A DNA stretch of 64,000 nucleotides from the IMG/VR virus record IMGVR_UViG_3300036780_000209, positions 32,001-96,000 of that record, one strand, 5' to 3'. Made by a program: the position numbers and the translations under genes. Origin of the DNA: a virus. The notes under the pieces are model-generated. The model was not told the origin of the DNA. It saw nothing but the letters and a program-made list of their open reading frames with translations, and searched no databases. This document shows, piece after piece, positions 27,125-36,478 of the stretch (position 1 is the first letter of the stretch; every line of letters starts with the position of its first letter).

Positions 27125-29593
27125 TCAGTTCCTTCCGAGCGGAATGGACTCCCAGCGTCCGCCCCGACAGTACCAAATTTCCCCGACAGGCCACTTCATC
27201 TTCTTCACCTGCGGCAGGAAGCGCACGGGCTGCTTGCTGTAGGCGAGCGTGATGTGCGGGAGGAAGCCATGCTTGGCCGGGATGGCCGAGATGCCGTGCC
27301 CCTTCAGGAAATCCAGGAGACTGCCGTGGATCTCGTGGCCGCCGGGGATGTCCACCAGGGCGTGCAGGGCATGGTTGCCCTTGTTCGCGAAAGTGCCGGA
27401 CCCCTGGGTCGTGGCCTCGAACGGCCGCTGGGTCTTGGCCCACTGGCGCACCAGGTCCTCCAGCTTGCCGAGCTGCCTCTCAGGATGATCATCTTCCTCG
27501 CCCAGGTAGAGCAAGGTGATGTGCATCTTGGAGCGCGCCTCAGTCTCGTGCCGCAACGGCTTCATGATGTCCCGCAGGTGGTCGAGCACCTCAGCGGGAG
27601 GCACGATCGCCACCATCATCGACTTGCTGATGCCGTCGGCCCCGTCACGGGAGGGGACCGTGCGGACGGCCGCCGTGCTCGGCGCGAACGGCTGGGTGGT
27701 CTCGACATGCCTGATCACCGTCGCGCCCGGAGCCATGTACTGCCGCAGGCCGGCCGGGTGCGTCATGTTCCCGAGGTGCCCGTGGGGCTCGACCTCGTGG
27801 ATGTGGTGCCTGCCGATCGTCTCGGCCCACTCGCGTGCCGTGCCCAGGTCTCCCGACATGTAAATCCGGCCGCCAGGATGCGGCGCGGTCAGCTCCGTTC
27901 CCGGTTCCAGCATCTCCGCTGAGGCATGGAAGAGCCGCTCTGGCCGCTGAGCAGCCGCCTCCCTGGGGATCCCCAGGTGCTCGTAGTCGGCTGCGCCGCG
28001 CCCGCTGTGCCTGATGGTGATGGTGCGGTCCATCGGGTGCCACTCCCACCCGGGGTCCGGCTTGACCGCGCCGGGGGCCGACGGGTCGCGTTTCATGTCC
28101 TCGCGAGGGTAGCGGAGGTGACCGGGGGCCTCGGTGTCGTCGCCTCCGGGGTGGTGCCAGACGTAAGCACCGTGCAGCTTCACCTGCGCCCCGGGGCGGA
28201 ACCGCACCTCGGCCTCGCTGTCCAGGGACCTGTGCTGGCCGTACCAGATCGGGTGGTCACGGGGGAAGTGCTGGTCCGGGTGATCCACCTGGCCCTGCCA
28301 GAGCACGACCTTCTTTCCCGGCCAGGCATACCCCTTGATGGCCATGTCGGGGTCAGCCGTCCAGTGCATGCCGGTGGTAGCGTGCTCCAGGTCCTCTCCT
28401 GCAGGACGGTGCTCCCCCCGCCAGACGTGCGTGCCGGGCTCGGGGTTCTTCGCCACCTCCAGGAAATGGCGCCGGATTCCCCGCCACCCTTCGGGCTCGT
28501 CATACCGCTGGAAGACGGCCCTCTGGGCAGGCGGGAGGTCCTCGTCCCGGAAGGAGGCTGTCTTGCCCTTGGCGTACCACTCGTCGCAGGTGTAGTCGAA
28601 CATGATGCCGCCCTTGACCAGGGTGCAGCTTCCGGGCTCCGAATCACCCGGCGCGGGGCGGAACATGACGCAGCTCCCGCAGCGCTTCTCCCCCTCGGCC
28701 GGGCGGTAATTCACCTGGCCCTTGTTCTTCCTGCGAGCTGCCCATTTGCCCCTGAACGGATCATCATGCTCGCCCCGGCGCATATATGCCTTGTATTCCT
28801 CGGGGAATTGCTGCCTGCGCGTATTACGCCAGTGATCACTGTCCCTGAGATGGCTCTCGCTGTCCTCCGGCCAGTAGTCCCCGTGCTCTGGAGTGCGGAC
28901 GTAAGGGATGCCCTTCCCGAGCTTCCACGCAGAAACCAGGCGGTGATGACCCTGGCCGACTTCCCATTCGCCCTCTCCGTGGTGGGCAATCTCAACCGGG
29001 TGCGTCACTCCGTGCTGGCGGACATGATCAGTCAGCTCAGCCATGTACTTCGGTTCCCGGTGATGCAGTGCCTCGGAAACATAACTGATGTCCCGGCCCG
29101 GGTAATCACTGAAAGTGAGCTTGCCGAATTCATGAGGATGAAGAGTGCCGCTCTCGCCTTCGTCCTCGTCAGGATCCTGTATCGAGCCCGTGCTCGAAAA
29201 GAGCAGCGCACGCAGCTTGCCCAGCAGGTTATGGGGGTGCTGGTCGAGGTACTTCTCGATGACGTTGCCCGGGTCGGACCACCCTTCGCCTTCCCCGCTG
29301 AACGCCTCCGAGCGCATGTCGTGGATGTACTGCCACAGGGACCTGGCCTGGCGGGTGCGCTGGGGCTCGTCGAGCTTGAGGATCGCCCGGAGCTGGGCAG
29401 CGACGGCACGGGCCTCGGTGAGGAGCGCGGGGTGGAAGTCAGCCGCGCTGTGCTCGGGCAGATCAGGAGGTTCCACTGCCCAAGTGTTATTCGTCAGATC
29501 ATAAGCGGCATAGGGCTTGATCTGCCGGATATCATAGGCATCGTGGTTAACGTACCAGGTCATATCAAAAGAGTCACGCGCTCGCTGTGGCAT
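27125..29593 (-). CDS. polyvalent effector protein, part B (NTase C-terminal half, ParB-like, HiPIP-like, two ART-like domains, 2H phosphoesterase)
   Basis: Own RBS AAGGAG+ATG; TWYVN...IKPYAAYDL; GQGHHRL; CGSC...C...C; VWRG...HWT...EAEV; LFHAS...IYMS...HEVEP (Arr-like); two HITL motifs. Confidence 0.8.
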   Translation of the reverse strand: MPQRARDSFDMTWYVNHDAYDIRQIKPYAAYDLTNNTWAVEPPDLPEHSAADFHPALLTEARAVAAQLRAILKLDEPQRTRQARSLWQYIHDMRSEAFSGEGEGWSDPGNVIEKYLDQHPHNLLGKLRALLFSSTGSIQDPDEDEGESGTLHPHEFGKLTFSDYPGRDISYVSEALHHREPKYMAELTDHVRQHGVTHPVEIAHHGEGEWEVGQGHHRLVSAWKLGKGIPYVRTPEHGDYWPEDSESHLRDSDHWRNTRRQQFPEEYKAYMRRGEHDDPFRGKWAARRKNKGQVNYRPAEGEKRCGSCVMFRPAPGDSEPGSCTLVKGGIMFDYTCDEWYAKGKTASFRDEDLPPAQRAVFQRYDEPEGWRGIRRHFLEVAKNPEPGTHVWRGEHRPAGEDLEHATTGMHWTADPDMAIKGYAWPGKKVVLWQGQVDHPDQHFPRDHPIWYGQHRSLDSEAEVRFRPGAQVKLHGAYVWHHPGGDDTEAPGHLRYPREDMKRDPSAPGAVKPDPGWEWHPMDRTITIRHSGRGAADYEHLGIPREAAAQRPERLFHASAEMLEPGTELTAPHPGGRIYMSGDLGTAREWAETIGRHHIHEVEPHGHLGNMTHPAGLRQYMAPGATVIRHVETTQPFAPSTAAVRTVPSRDGADGISKSMMVAIVPPAEVLDHLRDIMKPLRHETEARSKMHITLLYLGEEDDHPERQLGKLEDLVRQWAKTQRPFEATTQGSGTFANKGNHALHALVDIPGGHEIHGSLLDFLKGHGISAIPAKHGFLPHITLAYSKQPVRFLPQVKKMKWPVGEIWYCRGGRWESIPLGRN

Positions 29594-30176
29594 CACGCTG
29601 CTCCTTCTGCTTGGCACGGATACGTCTCTTAGATTCCCGCTCTATATGACGCCTGTGCTCCGGATCCTGGGCTCTTTGCTTTGCATGATCAGCAAGAATA
29701 GCTTCCTTATTCCGATCATAAAACCCCGTCTTAGACTCCCTCGCGCATTTCCGGCAATTCCGTCTTCCATCCTTGAGGAAGAAGTACTCACAGCCATGCT
29801 TAGGGCATCTTTCCTTGCGCGAATTCCTATGCGTGCCATGCCTGACTGAATCCAGCATGTTCTCGCTCTTGGTGCCCCACTCAAGATTACTAGGAGAGTT
29901 ATCTTGATTTTCGCCATTAAGATGACGAGCTTCGAACTCGTCAGGGCACGGACCGTTAACTGCCTCGCAGACGAGTTGGTGGATATATCCACGGGTAATT
30001 TCGCCCTCACGTGACATAGCTATATAGAGGTAACCCTTCCTGTCAGCTTGCAGCTTCAAGAAGTTGCCGCCACGGAGCCCGCGCCGTGTCTGCCGGGGGA
30101 GGCTCCGAGCGCGCCCGCAGCTAGACACCTCGTACAGCTCCTCCCAGTCCCTGACCGGAAACCAGATCTCGGTCAT
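29574..30176 (-). mobile_element. NUMOD4-HNH homing endonuclease gene inserted in nucleotidyltransferase coding sequence
   Basis: EIWFPVRDWEELYEVSSCGRARS (NUMOD4), IHQLVCEA...ARHLNGENQDNSPSNLEWGT; AT-richer than flanks; flanking direct repeat. Confidence 0.9.
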
Positions 30177-33100
30177 CGCGCTCTCCTGGCAGATGATAAT
30201 CCGGGTCATTGAGTGCAGAACGCATCAGCTTGTTAAAGAAACCATCAATCTCAGACTCGGAGATAGAAGAGTATCCTGGATTATCCCGATAGAAGGTGGA
30301 ATAATTTATTCCTACCAAGATATCCAGGTCGTTATTACCTTCCAGTTCAGGTCCGGTCCAGCGGCTCGCCTCGCTGCCACTCAAATATACCTTGCTCCAA
30401 GCCTGCCAGTGGACAAAGCCCTGATCCCGGCAGAAGGCATCCCACTTCTCCATGACGGATTCACGAACTTCCGGCCGCAGCTCGCCGGCCTCGGTGAAGA
30501 GCCGGTGGTCCAGGCCATAAGTTGGGCCGAAGATGCCCCGGGCAGGCATCCAGCGAGTGCCCTGGGGCAGCGGAGCGGACAAGCGGCTGACCGGCCCGGC
30601 AGTCGCTGCCTCGTGCGAAATCCTGTCGTCGTTTCCCTCGTGAAGACGGGCCTCGATCTGGTGCGGGCGGAAGGCAATCGCCGAAGTATTAGCGGCAGCT
30701 CCACGGCTGGACTTCTCGAACTCATTGCCGTAGGTAATGCCGTCATGACCCTGATCTTCGAGGTGCTTCCTGAAGCGCTGGGCGATCTCGTATTTGTCTG
30801 GGTGCGCATTCAGCCACCCCATCGCGTAGGTGTGCTGAGCGGTGTGGTGATGGCCCGCGCGCATCGGGTCCGGCTCGCGTCGGTCCCGCATGCGGTCGCC
30901 ATGGTCAACGAAGTGATAGGCCGGGATCTCTTCTCTCAGTTCGTCGTGCCAGCCTTCCTTCTGCGCGTCCCGGTACGTCGCCATGTCGAGGTGCTTCTCC
31001 GGATGATTACCCGCCTTCCACTCGTGCTCGTAAACCTCCTGATCCATGTCGTGCTCGGAGTGGTAGTGCTTAGGGTTCCGAATGTTCAGGCGGGCATGCA
31101 CGATATGACCAGCCGGCTGATCGTCAGGGTCTTCCTGCTCGTAATCCGGGTTCCGGTGCTCGCCCTTACTGAATTCTCTGGCAACGTGATGATCAGCGGT
31201 GAAGTGCGATCCCATAAGGGTGTTCCAGTGCGAGGTATCGCTTTCATCGTGATCGAATTCAAGCGGACTGAAGTTATCGAACTTGGCGAAGCGATGCGGG
31301 CTCCCGTGAAACCACTCGCTGCCTTTGGTATGTGGGTTAGCCAGCGGGCGAGGCTGATGCGTCATATCGAAGAGCTTTAGCTGGCTATTCGGAAGCGCCA
31401 CGCCCACCTTGATGTTCCCCTGGTCGCCCTTGGTGATCTCTGGCGAAATTGATTCCACTCGATCCATAGGAATACGCTCACGGGTCCTGATGTAATCGTC
31501 AGCCGAGTGAGTAAACCACTTATCCGCCAGCTCATGGCGGATCTTGAGCACGTGCCCGGTGCCATTCCTGGGCAAGTAGGAGACGGCACTACGCGGATCG
31601 ACGGCCGCATTAGTACCCTCCCAGTCAGCAATCGTCCCGCGCCGGTCTGACTGGAGGTACCCGCGATCACGGGCCTGCGCCAGTTCATCGGCTGAAACGC
31701 CCCGGTAGACATGATGCACGGGCTCATCGCGGACCTTTTTCGGATATGCCAGGGCATTGGTGACCCCGGGGATGCCATGGTCCCAGACCTCGAAGTGAAC
31801 CGGTCCCTCCCCCCTACCCGCCGGGTGGTGAAGCCTGCGCGACTCGCCAGTCTCGACGCTGTATCCACTGCGCGGGTGGATAACCCGGTTAGCCTCTAGC
31901 CGCCTGGGATGGAACCAGTTCTCCAGGTGCTGGTCCAGCTCGTCATTGGTCATGGCCCCCTTGCGCAAACCAGGGAGCGAGACAGCCGCCGTGTGCTCCC
32001 CGGACCAGGAGTCAGTCTGGCCGGTGCGCTTGCGGTTGCCGTACCCGTACCAGGTGATGCCCTTGATCCTGACCGGAGCGTCCTCCCTGAGCGGGATCTC
32101 GCGCTCGCTGCCGCCCCAGCCGCCGTAGTTGGAGACACCTCCCTCTCCCAGGCGTCTCCGGTCGGTCTCTATGTGCCCGACATCGGGCAGCTTCGCATGC
32201 AGAATGACCTTGGTCGAGCCCGGCAGGTTGGTCCTGCGCTCGAAGTCGGCGAAGTGCCGGGACACCTGCTCCGTCGCGGACCAGTGCATGCCGAGGGGCT
32301 TGTCCCTCAGGTGGTCGGCAATCGCCTGGGCCTGCCTGTCCGGGTCCTGGAACTGATCGTGGACGAACCGGTGCACGTCCTCGGGCAGCTCGACCGCCAG
32401 CCCCCGGTGCATCAGCGGCTCGCTGCGCTTCCTGAACCGGAGCTTCCGGAGGTGCTCTCCCCACTGCTCCTCGGCCGACGGAGGCTCCCAGGCCGCCGCC
32501 CCGAGGGACCGCACCCATGCCTTCCCGTCGTCAGTCCGGTCGGTGGAGTGCTTCGCCCGGGGCGTCATCTCCTGGGACCAGTTCCACATGGCCGTGGCCA
32601 GGCCCTTGTGCCGATGCTGCGCGTGCACGTCGATGCTCTCGACCTGGTGCTTCGTGCCCATCCAGGAGAGCTTGCCGACTGCCTGCTCATGATCGGGGTG
32701 CCAGGCCTCGATGACGTGACGGGGCCTGCGCTCTCCCTCGTCCGACGTCCGGTAGCGCATCGTGTAGTCGCCGAACTGCCGCTCGTCACCCTCCTGCTGG
32801 CGGACGGCCACGTGCCGATCCGGGCCGCCTATCCGCTGCCAGGAGTGAGGTTCATGCTCCCATGCTTCAAGACCGTGCTCCTCCCACCGGGATTCATCCA
32901 GGTGCTCAGGCCAGTCCGGGCGATCGGGGAGGGATGCCTCCATGTGGTGAATGCGAACCGGAGCGCCGGACTTGACAAGCGTCTCCTGCTCGTCCTTGTG
33001 GGTAAGTCCTTGCCAGCCGTGCCCTTCTACCATGGCCGAGCGCAGCTCATCGGGATCGCTGACGTGGTGAGACTTCGCGATGCTTCCGTGCATCACGACG

Positions 33101-34125
33101 GGAACGTGCATGTAGAACGGGCTCGGAACTGTTGTCCGCGCCTCGTGAGTCAGCGGATGCGCGAACCTGCGGGCAATGTCCTCCCGCGCCGACCAGTGCT
33201 CTCCCAGGTGCTCACCGACATGCTGGCGGATAAGGTCATGCACCGCCGGATGACCACCTGAACGGTAGGCCCCGGTGATGTCATCCGGGGCCATCTCGAT
33301 GCTGATTCCACGATGCAGTACCTGCCGGGCCGCAGCATTCCGCTCACGCCAGTTGTCCCACTGCTCCTGCTGGGCATCGTCGTCATACAGGGAGCGGAAA
33401 TGCTCGGGCTTTATGCTGGCAGCGGGAATGGAATAGTGCTTTTCCCCGGACGGGAACTCATCCTCCAGGCGGGCCATTTGCTCGGGGACGTGAAGGTGCA
33501 CCGCGTCATTCCCGTAGCCCTTCGCCTGGGCAAAAGGCGCGTTGCTGAAAAACACCACCGGGCGGCCGTGCTCGTCGTTCTCCTCCGGCTTGAACGCCAT
33601 GTCCTTCCAGATGCGGCGGGCACCTGACGGGGAAGTGTGATGCCAGAGATGGATCATCCGGGCGGCAGTCTTCTCCCCGGCCCAGCGGCCCGATCGCTCC
33701 AGGTTGAAGGCGGCGTCGAATTCCTCCGGGGTGGAAGGACGGTGCTCCGTCATCACGGGCGGCTTGCCCGGCTGGTGACGCACCACGACCGGAACGTCAT
33801 GAACTCCGGCCCGCTGCGCGGCATCCAGGCGGTGCATGCCGTTGAAGGTGGTAGGGCCTCCGTGAGCCGGGAAGTCCTCGATCGCCAGGGGGTGCTGCAC
33901 CCCGTTGCGCCGGACATCAGCGGTCAGCTCCCGCCAGTGGCGGCGGCGGGGCGGGTGGTCGTCGCAGTACCCCTGTGGCTCGGACGCGGCCAGGGTGCCG
34001 CTGGCGTCGCAGGGATAGCACTCGTGACCGTCGCGGTGCTCTCCCGAGCCCTGGCAGCACGCGCAGGACTTCCGGCCGCGACCCGGGCGGGCAGCCCCGA
34101 AGTGAGCGAGCAGGTCGGCAGTCAT
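30121..34125 (-). CDS. polyvalent effector protein, part A (Zn finger, ParB-like, five ART-like domains, GNAT, NTase N-terminal half)
   Basis: FNGMHRL; LWHHTS..VFFS; LHRG..HWS..EQE; HRHKGLATAMW (GNAT); MHRG..HWS..EREI; VYRG; WFHGS..GSHFT..GHDGITY; YLSGSEAS..NDLDILV (Pol-beta NTase). Confidence 0.8.
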   Translation of the reverse strand: MTADLLAHFGAARPGRGRKSCACCQGSGEHRDGHECYPCDASGTLAASEPQGYCDDHPPRRRHWRELTADVRRNGVQHPLAIEDFPAHGGPTTFNGMHRLDAAQRAGVHDVPVVVRHQPGKPPVMTEHRPSTPEEFDAAFNLERSGRWAGEKTAARMIHLWHHTSPSGARRIWKDMAFKPEENDEHGRPVVFFSNAPFAQAKGYGNDAVHLHVPEQMARLEDEFPSGEKHYSIPAASIKPEHFRSLYDDDAQQEQWDNWRERNAAARQVLHRGISIEMAPDDITGAYRSGGHPAVHDLIRQHVGEHLGEHWSAREDIARRFAHPLTHEARTTVPSPFYMHVPVVMHGSIAKSHHVSDPDELRSAMVEGHGWQGLTHKDEQETLVKSGAPVRIHHMEASLPDRPDWPEHLDESRWEEHGLEAWEHEPHSWQRIGGPDRHVAVRQQEGDERQFGDYTMRYRTSDEGERRPRHVIEAWHPDHEQAVGKLSWMGTKHQVESIDVHAQHRHKGLATAMWNWSQEMTPRAKHSTDRTDDGKAWVRSLGAAAWEPPSAEEQWGEHLRKLRFRKRSEPLMHRGLAVELPEDVHRFVHDQFQDPDRQAQAIADHLRDKPLGMHWSATEQVSRHFADFERRTNLPGSTKVILHAKLPDVGHIETDRRRLGEGGVSNYGGWGGSEREIPLREDAPVRIKGITWYGYGNRKRTGQTDSWSGEHTAAVSLPGLRKGAMTNDELDQHLENWFHPRRLEANRVIHPRSGYSVETGESRRLHHPAGRGEGPVHFEVWDHGIPGVTNALAYPKKVRDEPVHHVYRGVSADELAQARDRGYLQSDRRGTIADWEGTNAAVDPRSAVSYLPRNGTGHVLKIRHELADKWFTHSADDYIRTRERIPMDRVESISPEITKGDQGNIKVGVALPNSQLKLFDMTHQPRPLANPHTKGSEWFHGSPHRFAKFDNFSPLEFDHDESDTSHWNTLMGSHFTADHHVAREFSKGEHRNPDYEQEDPDDQPAGHIVHARLNIRNPKHYHSEHDMDQEVYEHEWKAGNHPEKHLDMATYRDAQKEGWHDELREEIPAYHFVDHGDRMRDRREPDPMRAGHHHTAQHTYAMGWLNAHPDKYEIAQRFRKHLEDQGHDGITYGNEFEKSSRGAAANTSAIAFRPHQIEARLHEGNDDRISHEAATAGPVSRLSAPLPQGTRWMPARGIFGPTYGLDHRLFTEAGELRPEVRESVMEKWDAFCRDQGFVHWQAWSKVYLSGSEASRWTGPELEGNNDLDILVGINYSTFYRDNPGYSSISESEIDGFFNKLMRSALNDPDYHLPGERDDRDLVSGQGLGGAVRGV

Positions 34126-34150
34126 TCTTCCCTCCTGCTACTTCCGTGCT

Positions 34151-34303
34151 CTACTTCATCGCGGGCTCAGGCTCCGCCTGGAACTCCGGGCACGGGCCGG
34201 CCTCGCCTCCCTTGCATCCCACTGCCTTGCAGGGCGTGGTGCCGTTGCCGTGGAGTGACCACGGGTGGTTGCAACGAGAGCACTTACCGGGATTCACCGG
34301 CAT
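34151..34303 (-). CDS. 50-aa zinc-finger protein
   Basis: Hand translation MPVNPGKCSRCNHPWSLH...PCKAVGC...PCPEF; RBS GAGGTG. Confidence 0.6.
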   Translation of the reverse strand: MPVNPGKCSRCNHPWSLHGNGTTPCKAVGCKGGEAGPCPEFQAEPEPAMK

Positions 34304-34374
34304 AAGGTATTCACCTCTTCACGTCAAGATATTGCAAGCTACCCAGTTAGTGTAGTGACTGGGGGTGAGCCTGA

Positions 34375-36477
34375 TCAAGATCGCGACATCCGGCGCGGCG
34401 AGGTGCCCCTGCCCCCGTAGCCTGCCCCGGGACGGCCCGTGCGCCCCATGCCGGAGTGCAGGCCCCGGTGCATCCCCGACTGGCCGAGCGCCAGGCCGAA
34501 CGGGTTGGAGAACTGGCCCGGGTCGAACCGCTTGTACGGGTCGTCGCCGCCGGGGAGACTCAGGCCGGGCCGCTGGCGGGCCAGGTCGCGGCCGAGGAAG
34601 GTGCCCATCTGCTCGCCGAGCAGGGCGGCCGTGACGATCGCGACGCAGTCGGCGATGTCCTTGGTCTGGACCGGGCCCGAGGTAGGGCAGATGACCTTGG
34701 ACTGGCCCTCGGGCTTCTGGAGGAACTTCAGCTCCTGGGCCGCCTCCATGTGCACCGGGGCATGCACCAGCCCCATGTTCAGGCATGCCTTGAAGGTCTC
34801 GTAGGTACTCCAGTTCAGGGCGGCCGTGGCATCGCGGACATAGACCTGGACGTTCTTCTGCAGGTGCCCGGCCCGGACGCGCTTCTGCAGCGCCTGGACC
34901 GTGGCCGGGGCATTGAACTGGTCGAACGTCAGCTCGTCCGGCTGGAACCTGGTGACCACGTTGGAGTAGATCCACTCGATGATCTCGTCGTAGTCCACGA
35001 AGTGATCGTCGTAATCCGCCGGATCCCAGAAGTGGATGAGGTCGAACACCGCGTGATTCAGGCCGTCGGGGCCGGGCTCCTCGTGGGCCAGGGCAAAGCC
35101 GAACCGGCAGTTGACGTTCGAGGGGTCACCGTGCGCCCGGTAGCTGACCAGGAGGGGTCCCCGGACCTGGTTCTCCAGGTGCGGCGGTCCCCAGTCAGGG
35201 TGGCGCTCGCCCCAGTCGGCGAACATGCCGTCCACCCGGGCGGCAGCCAGGTAGGCGTCCATCGCGGTAGCCCAGTTGGACAGGCGCTCCACCCGGAAGG
35301 CGTCCGGATTGGCGCGCTCCTCCTTGCGCATGTTGTCGTCGTAGGCCTGGATCGCCCCGCGCAGCTTTCGGAAGCGGGGAACTTCGGCGTGCTCCTGCAG
35401 GTCCCCCGTGAAGCCAGGCGGGAAGATCTCCAGCTCGTGCGCCCGCTCCCAGTCCTTGTACGGCCCCCAGGAGGGGAGCTGCAGCATGAGCTTGTTCTGG
35501 TAGACCGCCATGAGCTGGTCGTCGTGCAGCTCGCGCTGCAGGGACAGCTCCCACAGCTCGTAGAAGCGCCCTGTCATCTCCCAGGTGGAGCTGGGCAGGA
35601 TGATGAAGGCGTCGGTGCCGAACTGGTCCAGGGACGGGGTGGCGGCATTGTAGACGGCACCGAACTCGCGGGTGATCCCCGCGTTCTTGACGTGGGCGGC
35701 CTCGTCGAACCCGACCAGGAAGCCGGCCTGGCCACGGGGAGCCACCAGGGTGGACTCCCGGGGGACGATCGAGAAGCTCGCCATGTCCCGGGTCGTCCGG
35801 ATGCCCCGGGCTGCCATCTTCCGCATCCGGACGAAATCATAGGGAGCGTAAACCGTCAGCGATTCCGCCAGGGGGGCGGAAATGTATTCCGTGAAGCACG
35901 GGGCCGTCGTGATGACGTTGTAAAGGTCCCCCCAGAGGTTTTCCTTGGCCTGCTCCCTCTTGCTCGCGAAGATCATTGCCGAGAGCTGCTTGTTCGGGTC
36001 AATGCCGTAGTATTCCTGGGGGTTTCCCTTGGCCAGGTAATTCCAGAGCACGTAGGCCATGGCCAGGGAAGAGACATAGCCTTTAGCGCCACGGCGGCCG
36101 ATTGCCAGGATAACCTCGCGGAACCACCGGTAATTGTGTGCTTTCAGCCACGCGATCCGCTCGTAGACATCAGGCTGGATCCCGTTGGTGCGGGCCGTGA
36201 ACTTATTCTCGACTCCGGCGTCAGGGTTGGTCTCGTTGAAGTCGTTGATCCACTCTGCGATGACCTGGTGGTCGTAATCGGTGAACAGGTCGTCGCGGAG
36301 GAAGATGATCTTGAGCAGGGTTGCCTGGCGGGGGTAGAGATTGGGCTTGTCCAGCCAGTGCTCGCTGAGGACGAAGGTGATCGGGTCCGGGACCGGGAGG
36401 TTGTCGTACCACCCGAGCACCTCCAGGGGGTTCATCCCTCCGGTGTCGGGAGCCTCCCAGAAGCCGGGCCTCGGCAT
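34375..36477 (-). CDS. terL: terminase large subunit
   Basis: Walker A IGRRGAKG, Walker B LVGFDEAAH, LPSS motif III, RNaseH-like acidic residues HGDPS / TFDQFN / KDIADC; start 36477 or 36435. Confidence 0.85.
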   Translation of the reverse strand: MPRPGFWEAPDTGGMNPLEVLGWYDNLPVPDPITFVLSEHWLDKPNLYPRQATLLKIIFLRDDLFTDYDHQVIAEWINDFNETNPDAGVENKFTARTNGIQPDVYERIAWLKAHNYRWFREVILAIGRRGAKGYVSSLAMAYVLWNYLAKGNPQEYYGIDPNKQLSAMIFASKREQAKENLWGDLYNVITTAPCFTEYISAPLAESLTVYAPYDFVRMRKMAARGIRTTRDMASFSIVPRESTLVAPRGQAGFLVGFDEAAHVKNAGITREFGAVYNAATPSLDQFGTDAFIILPSSTWEMTGRFYELWELSLQRELHDDQLMAVYQNKLMLQLPSWGPYKDWERAHELEIFPPGFTGDLQEHAEVPRFRKLRGAIQAYDDNMRKEERANPDAFRVERLSNWATAMDAYLAAARVDGMFADWGERHPDWGPPHLENQVRGPLLVSYRAHGDPSNVNCRFGFALAHEEPGPDGLNHAVFDLIHFWDPADYDDHFVDYDEIIEWIYSNVVTRFQPDELTFDQFNAPATVQALQKRVRAGHLQKNVQVYVRDATAALNWSTYETFKACLNMGLVHAPVHMEAAQELKFLQKPEGQSKVICPTSGPVQTKDIADCVAIVTAALLGEQMGTFLGRDLARQRPGLSLPGGDDPYKRFDPGQFSNPFGLALGQSGMHRGLHSGMGRTGRPGAGYGGRGTSPRRMSRS

Positions 36478-36478
36478 C

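Noticed and set aside
29573-30176. Group I intron or intein explanation for the HNH insert
   Set aside because: The insert is fully occupied by the ORF, is 599 nt (not a multiple of 3) and has no intein termini; no ribozyme core seen. RT-PCR would be the final test.
30121-30176. T4 gene 60-style ribosomal bypass from GAC to GAC
   Set aside because: Matching codons exist, but no stop follows the take-off codon, the gap is very long, and part B has its own RBS and ATG.
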